From the NCBI GenBank assembly GCA_002405515.1, contig DHLZ01000079.1, forward strand, positions 2,439-50,201: a DNA stretch of 47,763 nucleotides. The letters are read 5' to 3'. Numbering within the stretch: position 1 is the stretch's first letter; each line of letters starts with the position of its first letter. This DNA comes from Planctomycetaceae bacterium UBA4655. Lineage in GTDB: Bacteria; Planctomycetota; Planctomycetia; Pirellulales; UBA1268. Below the pieces are notes generated by a model that made no database searches, had not been told where the DNA came from, and saw nothing but the letters and a program-made list of their open reading frames with translations. Below are positions 18,067 to 26,888 of the stretch, piece after piece. A program made the translations under genes and the position numbers.

Positions 18067-18549
18067 ATGATGGTCGTGGCGGTTGGTATCACGGCGGAGG
18101 ATTTGCGAACAGCACCTTCGCCGACATCTCGTGGCGGCCGGTTGCCCGGGCTGTCGCGGTGTCTGGTCGTGACGGGCGAAGCCGGCTTCCGGAACCGCCT
18201 CCTGGCGGCGACGGAACTTGCCGGCTGGCAGGAGTGCGACGCGCCGGAAACGGACGCCGATCTCCATTCAGTCATCGACGGCGACTATCGGCTCGTGCTG
18301 GTCGACGTCGCGAATCCAGTCGGGGACCGAGTTTCCGACATGGTCGAGCTCGCGGAGGAGTTCGCCGCGAGGCCGGGCACGCTTGTCGTGATCTGCGGTC
18401 CGGAGGACGGCATGGACGAGGAGTTGTGGGCTCGCCAGCTCGGCGCTTGGGTCTATTTGCCGGGGGCGATCGCCGGAGATGGCCTCGTGTCGTTGTTTCA
18501 AGAGGCCGGCCGTCTGGCTGACCGTCGCAGTGTCTTCGTGAATTCGTGA
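18067..18549 (+). CDS. Single-domain receiver-like (CheY-fold) protein with atypical active-site residues
   Basis: ATG at 18067 lies 6 nt after GAGGAGG (18054-18060). Beta-alpha pattern: CLVVTGEAGFRNRLL / YRLVLVDVANP / TLVVICGPED / AWVYLPGAI. The central Asp is kept, but the acidic pair and the conserved Lys are not. Confidence 0.5.
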   Translation: MMVVAVGITAEDLRTAPSPTSRGGRLPGLSRCLVVTGEAGFRNRLLAATELAGWQECDAPETDADLHSVIDGDYRLVLVDVANPVGDRVSDMVELAEEFAARPGTLVVICGPEDGMDEELWARQLGAWVYLPGAIAGDGLVSLFQEAGRLADRRSVFVNS

Positions 18550-18655
18550 GTGCGTTCGCACCCGGCTTCTGACTCTTCCATTTCCAGTTGCCCAAGTTTT
18601 TCATCTGTCCATTTTTCACCGTTTCCAAGTGAACCCATTGCAAAGGAGCAGTCTC

Positions 18656-19879
18656 ATGAGCGCCTCGTGTGTGTCCTTCCGGTCCGAGTCTGACAACGAC
18701 TACGCAATCGATTTTCGCGGGTCTTTCGAGAAGATTACCAAGCAGAATCGGCGGCCGCAGTATCGCCGTTCGAGCACGCCGCCAGTCAGCGTCAACGGTA
18801 TTCACAGGCGGCGCAACAGCCGCTGGACGTGGGGCCACCTCCGTGGCGCTCAGTCTCAGAATGTCCTCGCCTTCGCCCGCTGTGCCCTCGCCGCCGCTGC
18901 TGCCCTGTGTGCTTCTGCCACATCGGCGGGTGTGATTTCTTTCGGCACTTCTGCAGCTGCCTACAACTTGGTGCCGATCGGAAATCCCGGCAATGTAGCC
19001 AACCCGTCCGCACCCACCGGAACCCCCAACGTTCGCTCCCTCGGCGGTGGAAGCGTGGCGTACCTCTACGAGATCGGAGCCACCGAGGTGACGAACTCGC
19101 AGTACGCATACTTCCTCAACAGCGTCGCCAAAACGGATACCTACAACCTCTTCAATAGTTCGATGCGTATCTCCAGAACCGGTTCTGCAGGCAACTGGAG
19201 TTACTCAACAACGCCCGCCAACGCCAACCGGCCCGTGGGCTGGGTGTCGGCTCTCGACACCTTCCGGTTTGCCAACTGGATGCAGAATGGTATGCCGACG
19301 ACCGGCGTTCAAAATGCGTCCACGACGGAGAACGGCGTCTACAACATGGCTCTCTCCCAGCCGATTCGGCAGGCAGGAGCCTCTTTCTGGATTCCCAGCG
19401 TGAACGAGTGGTACAAGGCCGCCTACTATAATCCCACGCTCAACTCGGGTTCCGGTGGCTACATGCTCTATCCGGTGAACAGCAACTCGATCGTTTCGGG
19501 AACGGCTCCGGGCGGCGCCACAACGGCGAGCATTGCCAACGCCTACAACGGCTCGATCAACGTGGGTAGCTACACCAGTGCGACTTCATTCTATGGGGCC
19601 TTCGACATGGCGGGCAACGTGTCCGAGCGTCTCGACACCATCAGCGGCTCCAGTTACACCTACGCCTTGTCCCACTGGGTCAGCCCGGCCTCCCAGACGG
19701 CTTCGAACAGCTCGACCACGTTCAACGTCGCGTCGATCGGCGGCGAGCAAGCGCAGCTCGGCTTCCGTATCGCGGCCGTGCCGGAGCCCAGCACGATCGT
19801 ACTCGCCGGCATGGGCGCGGCGTCGGCTTTCATCGGCTTGAATCGTAAGAAGCTGAAGCGTGTCCGGCGGCGGGCCTGA
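18656..19879 (+). CDS. PEP-CTERM-anchored protein with FGE-sulfatase (SUMF1/EgtB/PvdO-like) domain
   Basis: ATG at 18656 lies 7 nt after AAGGAG (18643-18648). FGE-type blocks: YEIGATEVTNSQYAYFLNSV, NRPVGWVSALDTFRFANWMQNG, IPSVNEWYKAAYY, YGAFDMAGNVSE. The C-terminus is VPEPSTIVLAGMGAASAFIGLNRKKLKRVRRRA, i.e. PEP motif, TM helix and basic tail. Confidence 0.85.
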   Translation: MSASCVSFRSESDNDYAIDFRGSFEKITKQNRRPQYRRSSTPPVSVNGIHRRRNSRWTWGHLRGAQSQNVLAFARCALAAAAALCASATSAGVISFGTSAAAYNLVPIGNPGNVANPSAPTGTPNVRSLGGGSVAYLYEIGATEVTNSQYAYFLNSVAKTDTYNLFNSSMRISRTGSAGNWSYSTTPANANRPVGWVSALDTFRFANWMQNGMPTTGVQNASTTENGVYNMALSQPIRQAGASFWIPSVNEWYKAAYYNPTLNSGSGGYMLYPVNSNSIVSGTAPGGATTASIANAYNGSINVGSYTSATSFYGAFDMAGNVSERLDTISGSSYTYALSHWVSPASQTASNSSTTFNVASIGGEQAQLGFRIAAVPEPSTIVLAGMGAASAFIGLNRKKLKRVRRRA

Positions 19880-19910
19880 TTCGGGTCGGTCCCATCTCTT
19901 CGAGGACTCG

Positions 19911-19956
19911 ACGCACGATGCCCTCCCTCCGGGAGGGCATCGTGCGTTCGTTTTCG
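19911..19956 (+). terminator. Rho-independent terminator after the PEP-CTERM gene
   Basis: Perfect 16-bp inverted repeat: ACGCACGATGCCCTCC (19911-19926) and GGAGGGCATCGTGCGT (19932-19947), with a 5-nt loop. It is followed by TCGTTTTCG. It starts 32 nt after the stop at 19879. Confidence 0.8.
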
Positions 19957-20084
19957 CGGAACACGTGGCTTGCCCAGCCTGACTGTCCTGCCCCAGGGAG
20001 CCAACCCGGGCTTGACCCGTGCCGGCGATCCGGCCTAGCGTCCCAGCCCCGGCAGATGCCGGGGCTTCCCGAGGAGGCTCGTCG

Positions 20085-21290
20085 ATGCCGCAAGTCTGCC
20101 TGGCCGCGCATGCGCGGGGCGGTCCGCGGCTGCTGCCGCCGCGGGAAAGGGTGCGGCCGCAAACCGCGTCGCTGTGGCTGGGCGGAGTCTGGATGCTGGC
20201 CCTGGCCCTGCTCCCGGTCTATGTCGGCAAGTCTGGAACCATCCAGCCAGGCCATGCCGTCATGGCCGTCGCGGCGGTTGCGACCCTGGCCGGCCATGCC
20301 GTCAAGCGTGATGAACTCTGGCTCGCATTCTGCATCCTCGACGCGGTCGTCGTGGCCCGCTGCAGCTGGGAAGGGTTGGTGACCTGGGAACTCCAGGAAA
20401 TGGCTTCGGCATCTTTTTTCGTCTTCAATTCGCTGGTCGTCCTGTCGCTGCGGGCCTTCGTCGAGCGCGAAGACGGCATGCGATTCATCTGTCGAGGGAT
20501 CGTGGCGGCACTCGTCGTCGCCGTCGCGGGAATTTTCCTGCTCGGCGTCCGCGAGTCGATCGGCACGAACACGCGGATTGCAGGGACGTTCAACAACCCC
20601 AATCAGCTCGGCTACTTCAGCACCTGCATCAGCGTCCTGCTGGCGGTGGCTTATTTCCGAGGATATCTGTCGCCGCGTCTGCTGTGCGTCGGGCTCTTGG
20701 CGGGCGGCTTTCTCGCGGTCGTCTCCCTCTCGAAGGCGGCCATGGTGTCAACCGCCATCGGCGTCGGGTTCCTCGCCCTCGGCTTCCGCCGCACATCCTC
20801 AGGGCTGTTCGTCGGCATTCTCGCATTGATGGCGACGCTGGCGCTGGTGATGAACAGCCTCGAGAGCGGAATGTTCGAGGACATCCCGGCAGTGCAACGG
20901 CTTCGGCTCATCGGGAACGACTCGGATGATTCCCTCGAGGCCCGCGGATACGGGATGCTGGCGTCAGACGAGCCGAGCGTCATCCTCTTCGGCCGGGGCC
21001 ACGGCGAGGTGATCGATACCCTCGGCCACGAGGTGCACAGCACCCTCGGCTCGGTATGGGTCGGATATGGTGCCGTCGGCTGGCTTATTTTCGTCGGCCT
21101 GCTCTGGATCTGGTCTCGGTCGCTGCACGCCCACTATGGACTGCTGCGAACACTGGCCATCGTGGCGCCGCCGCTGCTCTTCGGCCTGACCCACAACGGT
21201 TCCCGGGCGACGATTTTCTGGGTGCTGATGGCCGTGGCGCATGCCCGCGATGCCACCGGCACGAAACTTCCGGACAGGAGACGGGCATGA
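20085..21290 (+). CDS. Wzy_C-family membrane protein (O-antigen polymerase / ligase-like)
   Basis: ATG at 20085 lies 6 nt after GAGGAGG (20072-20078). Polytopic membrane protein with RIAGTFNNPNQLGYF, VVSLSKAAM and HEVHSTLGSVWVGYG blocks. The stop overlaps the next start (ATGA at 21287-21290). Confidence 0.75.
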   Translation: MPQVCLAAHARGGPRLLPPRERVRPQTASLWLGGVWMLALALLPVYVGKSGTIQPGHAVMAVAAVATLAGHAVKRDELWLAFCILDAVVVARCSWEGLVTWELQEMASASFFVFNSLVVLSLRAFVEREDGMRFICRGIVAALVVAVAGIFLLGVRESIGTNTRIAGTFNNPNQLGYFSTCISVLLAVAYFRGYLSPRLLCVGLLAGGFLAVVSLSKAAMVSTAIGVGFLALGFRRTSSGLFVGILALMATLALVMNSLESGMFEDIPAVQRLRLIGNDSDDSLEARGYGMLASDEPSVILFGRGHGEVIDTLGHEVHSTLGSVWVGYGAVGWLIFVGLLWIWSRSLHAHYGLLRTLAIVAPPLLFGLTHNGSRATIFWVLMAVAHARDATGTKLPDRRRA

Positions 21291-23057
21291 ATCTGTTGTT
21301 CGTGGCGAACAAGAAACTCCCCCCTCTGACTACCGGGTGCAGTACGGGCTGACGACCAAGGCCTGCCGCGTGTTTTTCGGTCTCCCCGGCCGGCCCGAGG
21401 GCGTGCCGGAGAGCCGCTTCGTGCACGTCGACGCCGGTGAGGGCTTCCGTCTGTCGGACCTGAGGACACTGGTGCGGCTGTGGGCCTTCCTCCGTCGTCG
21501 CGGCGTGGACTACGCGCATTTCAGTGCCACGATCCTGATTCTGCTCGGCCCCTACGTCGCGGCCGCGGCGGGCACCCCCTGCCTGATCACGCTCACGGGA
21601 TTCGGCCGGACGTTCACGAGCCGGCGACTCGCGTACCGGCTGTTGCGGCCCGTCTACTGGCTGCTCATGGCCGGCGCCGTGCGGATCGCGGAGCGGGTGC
21701 TTCTGCAGAACACCGGCGACGTCGCCGCGATGCGGGCCCGCTATCCGAAGTTGGCCTCGAAGTTCGTGCTCGTGGGCAGCGGTCTCGGCGTCGACGTCAG
21801 GCCCGTCGAACGACCCGCGGAGGTTTCGTGCGCGTGTTGCTGGTGGCCCGACTGCTGCCCGACAAGGGGGTCGGAGACTTCCTCACGGTGGCTTCCCGGC
21901 TGCACGGGCCGGAAGTGAAGTTCGTGCTCGTCGGACCGGCGGCCCGCGGCGGCGACAGCACGCTCCAAGCGGTGCGGCGCGCCGCGGAGGCCGGCGAGAT
22001 CGAGTATCTCGGCGAACTCGATGCCGACGGACTCCGACGCGAGTACGCGCTGGCACACGTGCTGCTCTTTCCTTCCGTTGGCGAGGGGATGCCGCGAGTC
22101 ATGCTGGAAGCCGGCTTCGCGGGGCTGTGCCCGGTGGCCTACGACATTCCGGCCAACAAGGACCTGGTGAGGCCCGGAGGAGGCATGCTCGTGCCCACCG
22201 GCGATCTCGAGGGGTTGGCGGCGGCCGTGGCCGGCCTGACGGCCGACCGGGACCGGATCACCGCCAACGCGCGGGCCTTCCAGCGGCACGTGGTGGCGGA
22301 ATTCGGCATGGAGGCGTTCGTTCGGAGGATGGATGGCATCGTGGCCTCGCTGCGACCCGACCGAGCGGCCGACGGTGAAGGCCCGACAGCCGCCGCAGCG
22401 GCACCGGGCATTCGCCCCGCCACACCCGCCGACCTGCCGGCCGTCGTCGCGGCGCACTCAGCGGCCTTTCCTGGATTCTTCCTGACCCGCATGGGGCCTC
22501 GATTCCTGGGTGCCTACTATCGGATGGTGCTCGAATCGCCGGAGGGCATCCTGCTGGTCGCCGAATCGGCGGGCGCCGTCGCCGGTTTCGTGGCCGGGAT
22601 CGCGCGGCCCGCCGCGTTCTACCGCGCCATGATGCGGCGGCCGTGGGCGCTGGGCTTCCCGGCGATGCTGCGTCTCGTCACGCGGCCAAGGTTGCTGCTC
22701 GACGTGGCGGAACGCGTGTGCCGGCTCGGCTCGAGCGGGCATCCGCAGGGGCATCGCGGCCCTAGTCAGGCCCGAGCCAAGCTGGCAAGTCTCGCGGTGC
22801 TTCCGTCCCAGCGGCGACTCGGGCTGGGTCGGCAACTCGTCGCGGCCTTCGTGGCGGAGGCCGGCCTGCGGCAGGTCGCGGAAGTCCGGCTCACGACCGA
22901 TGCGGTGGACAACCAGGCGACGCACGCCTTCTACGAGAGCCTCGGTTTCTCCCGCTCCTCCGACGTCCTGGGCACCGCGGACCGGCCACTCACCGAGTAC
23001 ACCATCACGACGGCCACCAGCGGAACCGGCGCCCCGCCCGTCGAGCGGGCGGCCTGA
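21287..23057 (+). CDS. GT4 glycosyltransferase fused to a C-terminal GNAT N-acetyltransferase domain; reading frame interrupted twice (C6 run 21319-21324 and about 21790-21826)
   Basis: MNLLFVANKKLPP is coupled to the wzy-like stop, then the frame switches to SDYRVQYGLTTKACRVFFG..LITLTGFGRTF..VLVGSGLGVD. A second switch leads to GFVRVLLVARLLPDKG..LFPSVGEGMPRVMLEAGFAGLCPVAYD (E-x7-E). The GNAT part is IRPATPADLPAVVAAHSAAF..LASLAVLPSQRRLGLGRQLV..THAFYESLGF. Confidence 0.75.
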
Positions 23058-23067
23058 CGCGGACCCG

Positions 23068-24102
<1,035 letters not shown>

Positions 24103-24285
24103 GAACACGGAGCCTCTCGTCGGTGGCTTTGCGCCCCGGTTGACCCGGGTCACACCCGCTGAATACGATGCCAGAAAGGCAGCGGCTTTGCAACGTTGCA
24201 ATGGGGCTTGACTCACCCCATCAGTCACGCCGTGAATGCGGGAACGAAGATGGACCCATTCTCGGTGTCTTGCCGTGAGTTTGCG

Positions 24286-25545
24286 TCATGCGGCACGAAT
24301 CAGACTCTTCACCCCGGCCAGTGTCGCCGCTTGGAGCACTTTGCGGATGGCTTGTGACGTCTGGTCGATCTCGTCCGACGACAGCGTCGGGTGGACCAGG
24401 AACACGAGGCTGGTCTCCCCCAGCTCCCGGGCCACGGGAAGGCGATGCGGCGGCCGCAACCCCGCGGCGGCGAAGGCTTTTTCCGCGTAGATCTCGCTGC
24501 AGGAGCCGGGGCCACAAAAGACCCCCTCGGCCTGAATGGCTTGAACGATACGATCGCGCGTCCATCCCGGCTGTAGCCGTTCGCTCCGCACGAATGCGTA
24601 GTACTTGTAGTAGGCATGGCCGACGTGATCCGGAGGCTCCGGGATCCGCAGCGCCGGTTCACCGGCGAGTGCTGTCGATAGCCTCGCGGCATTCGCCCGC
24701 CGGGCGGCGACCAAGTGCGGCAGCCGACGCAGCATAACGCGTCCCATCGCGGCCTGTGGCTCCGTGAGCCGCCAGTTCGTGCCAAAGCTCTCGTGGCACC
24801 AAAGGAACCCGTGGGGCTTCCGTGGACGTTGCAGAACATCCCAGTCCTTGCCGTGATCCTTGAAGCTCCAGCACCGCCTCCACAGCTCGTGATCGTTGGT
24901 GACCAGCAGGCCGCCCTCGCCACCGGTCGTCATGATCTTGTCCTGGCAGAAAGAAAATGCGGCCGCGTGCCCCATCGAACCACAATGCCGGCCCTTGTAC
25001 ATGGCGTGATGCGCCTGGGCACAATCCTCGATGACCTTGATCCCCCGCGATTCCGCGAATGCCATGATCGGGTCGAGGTCACAAGGCCAGCCCGCCAGAT
25101 GAACGGCGACGATCGCCTTCGTGCGCTGTGTCGCCACGGCGCGAATGGTATCTACGGTGACGTTGCCGCTGTCGGGATCGAGGTCCGCCACGACCGGCTT
25201 CGCTCCGCGCATGACCACACAACTGGCCGAGGCGATGAACGTACGGCTGGGAACGATCACTTCGTCGCCTGGCCCGATGCCTAAGCCGTAGAGCGCCAAC
25301 TCCAACGCCACCGTGCCGTTCGTGAGTGCGATGGCATACCGGCTGCCGATCGCGGCGGCATACTCCGTCTCAAAGTCGCGGCATTCAGTCCCGGTCCAGT
25401 AGTTCACCTTGCCCGACCGCAGCACGCGGCTCGATGCCTCGATCAATTCCTCGTCGAAGTAGGGCCATGGTGACATCGATCCCGTCCGCACCGGACGTCC
25501 GCCGTCAATCGCCAGTCGGCTGCCGCCGGCACCCGTCGCTGTCAT
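24286..25545 (-). CDS. DegT/DnrJ/EryC1/StrS-family PLP-dependent sugar aminotransferase (PglE/WbpE-like)
   Basis: ATG at 25545 is preceded by AAGGAGG. Motifs: AIALTNGTVALELAL, VIEDCAQAH and AAFSFCQDKIMTTGGEGG (PLP-lysine block). Confidence 0.88.
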   Translation of the reverse strand: MTATGAGGSRLAIDGGRPVRTGSMSPWPYFDEELIEASSRVLRSGKVNYWTGTECRDFETEYAAAIGSRYAIALTNGTVALELALYGLGIGPGDEVIVPSRTFIASASCVVMRGAKPVVADLDPDSGNVTVDTIRAVATQRTKAIVAVHLAGWPCDLDPIMAFAESRGIKVIEDCAQAHHAMYKGRHCGSMGHAAAFSFCQDKIMTTGGEGGLLVTNDHELWRRCWSFKDHGKDWDVLQRPRKPHGFLWCHESFGTNWRLTEPQAAMGRVMLRRLPHLVAARRANAARLSTALAGEPALRIPEPPDHVGHAYYKYYAFVRSERLQPGWTRDRIVQAIQAEGVFCGPGSCSEIYAEKAFAAAGLRPPHRLPVARELGETSLVFLVHPTLSSDEIDQTSQAIRKVLQAATLAGVKSLIRAA

Positions 25546-25609
25546 GCCGCCTCCTTGGGGTCCGTCCGGAACCGTGTCATTTCTGTTGAGGTACATTCCC
25601 ACGCCGCCG

Positions 25610-26884
25610 CTAGGCCGCCTTGCGGTCGTTCCCCTCTGACTCGAATGCACGCAGGTAGCGCGGCGTCTGCCCGATCAACGTCCTGCCCGGCGGAACATCT
25701 CGCACTACGACCGTTCCCGCGCCGACCGAGGCGTCGTCGCCAATGACGATCTTGGGGATGACGCTGCTGCCCGTCCCCAATGCCGACCTCCGGCCTAACG
25801 TCACCGTCCCGGCCAGATGGGCACCGGGCGCGATACTGGCGAAATCACCGACACGTCCATCGTGGTCGATGGACGCCGCCGTGTTGATGATCACGTGCCG
25901 ACCAACGACGACGTCAGGTTGCACGACAGCCCCCGCGAAGACGACCGTGCCGGGACCGAGCTGCGCCGACTGGTGAACGATGGCCTGCGGGTGGATCACC
26001 GTCAGCCAGTCGATGTTCAATCGCCGAGCGAGTCGCTCGCGGACCGCGTTATCGCCGATCGCGATCACCCCCGACACCAATCCGTCCAGTTCGTCGATCA
26101 TGTCGATAGAGCCCCGCACTGGGACGCCCAGCACGTCGGAGCCCCAAGCGCGAGGGCCGTCGTCGAACACCGCTTCGATTTCGATGCCGCACGCCTTCAG
26201 GGTGCTGACGACGACCTTGGCGTGGCCGCCCGCACCGATTACGACGACCCGCCTCGCCTGGGGAACCGCTCGCGCGGGGCTGGCGAATTCGGGCATCGTC
26301 ACATGGCCCGAGGCCGAGATTCCTCTGCGGCTCAGCACGGCGGCGATCGTCATCCACAGAATCCGGATGTCGAGCCACAGGCTCATGTTGTCGACGTACC
26401 AGACATCGAGTTCGAAGCGTTTCTCCCAGGCAACGGCATTGCGGCCGTTGACCTGCGCCCATCCCGTCACGCCCGGTAGGACGTCGTGTCGCCGGCTCTG
26501 CTCAGGGGAATAGAGGGACAGGTAGTGCGTCAGCAGCGGTCGCGGCCCGACCAGACTCATCTGCCCGAGAAGCACGTTCCATAGCTCCGGAAGCTCATCG
26601 AGGCTGCACGACCGAAGAAATCTTCCAACCCAGGGCAATCGCCGTTCGTCTGGAAGCAGTGTGCCGTCGGCAGCACGGGCATCGATCATCGTGCGAAACT
26701 TGCAGATCCGGAACAGCCGCCCCCCGAGCCCCGGACGCTCCTGCCAATAGAGGACCGGCGTTCCGAGGTGGATGCGCACGACGATGGCCGTCACCACGAG
26801 CACGGGAGCCAGCACCAGCAAGGCTGGAATCACGATCGCCAGATCGAGGAACCGCTTGCCGTATCGGACGTAAAACCCTGCCAT
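25610..26884 (-). CDS. Bifunctional monotopic phosphoglycosyl transferase (PglC/WbaP C-terminal type) fused to a NeuD/PglD-family hexapeptide acetyltransferase (Neisseria PglB-like architecture)
   Basis: PGT half: GKRFLDLAIVIPALLVLAPV, CKFRTM, LDELPELWNVLLGQMSLVGPRP, PGVTGWAQVNG. Acetyltransferase half: VVVIGAGGHAKVV..IGDN..R, then left-handed beta-helix repeats (GPGTVVFAGAVV, GRHVIINTAASI, GDFASIAPGAHL, GDDASVGAGTVV). The ATG at 26884 lies 4 nt after the upstream stop. Confidence 0.85.
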   Translation of the reverse strand: MAGFYVRYGKRFLDLAIVIPALLVLAPVLVVTAIVVRIHLGTPVLYWQERPGLGGRLFRICKFRTMIDARAADGTLLPDERRLPWVGRFLRSCSLDELPELWNVLLGQMSLVGPRPLLTHYLSLYSPEQSRRHDVLPGVTGWAQVNGRNAVAWEKRFELDVWYVDNMSLWLDIRILWMTIAAVLSRRGISASGHVTMPEFASPARAVPQARRVVVIGAGGHAKVVVSTLKACGIEIEAVFDDGPRAWGSDVLGVPVRGSIDMIDELDGLVSGVIAIGDNAVRERLARRLNIDWLTVIHPQAIVHQSAQLGPGTVVFAGAVVQPDVVVGRHVIINTAASIDHDGRVGDFASIAPGAHLAGTVTLGRRSALGTGSSVIPKIVIGDDASVGAGTVVVRDVPPGRTLIGQTPRYLRAFESEGNDRKAA

Positions 26885-26888
26885 CGCG

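Noticed and set aside
4009-21324. Classical phase-variable contingency loci at the homopolymer frameshifts
   Set aside because: The tracts are only 4-6 nt, well below lengths that usually give high slippage rates. The lesions include both insertions and deletions. Sequencing or assembly error cannot be excluded from the sequence alone. This is kept as one of three hypotheses in the findings, not as a call.
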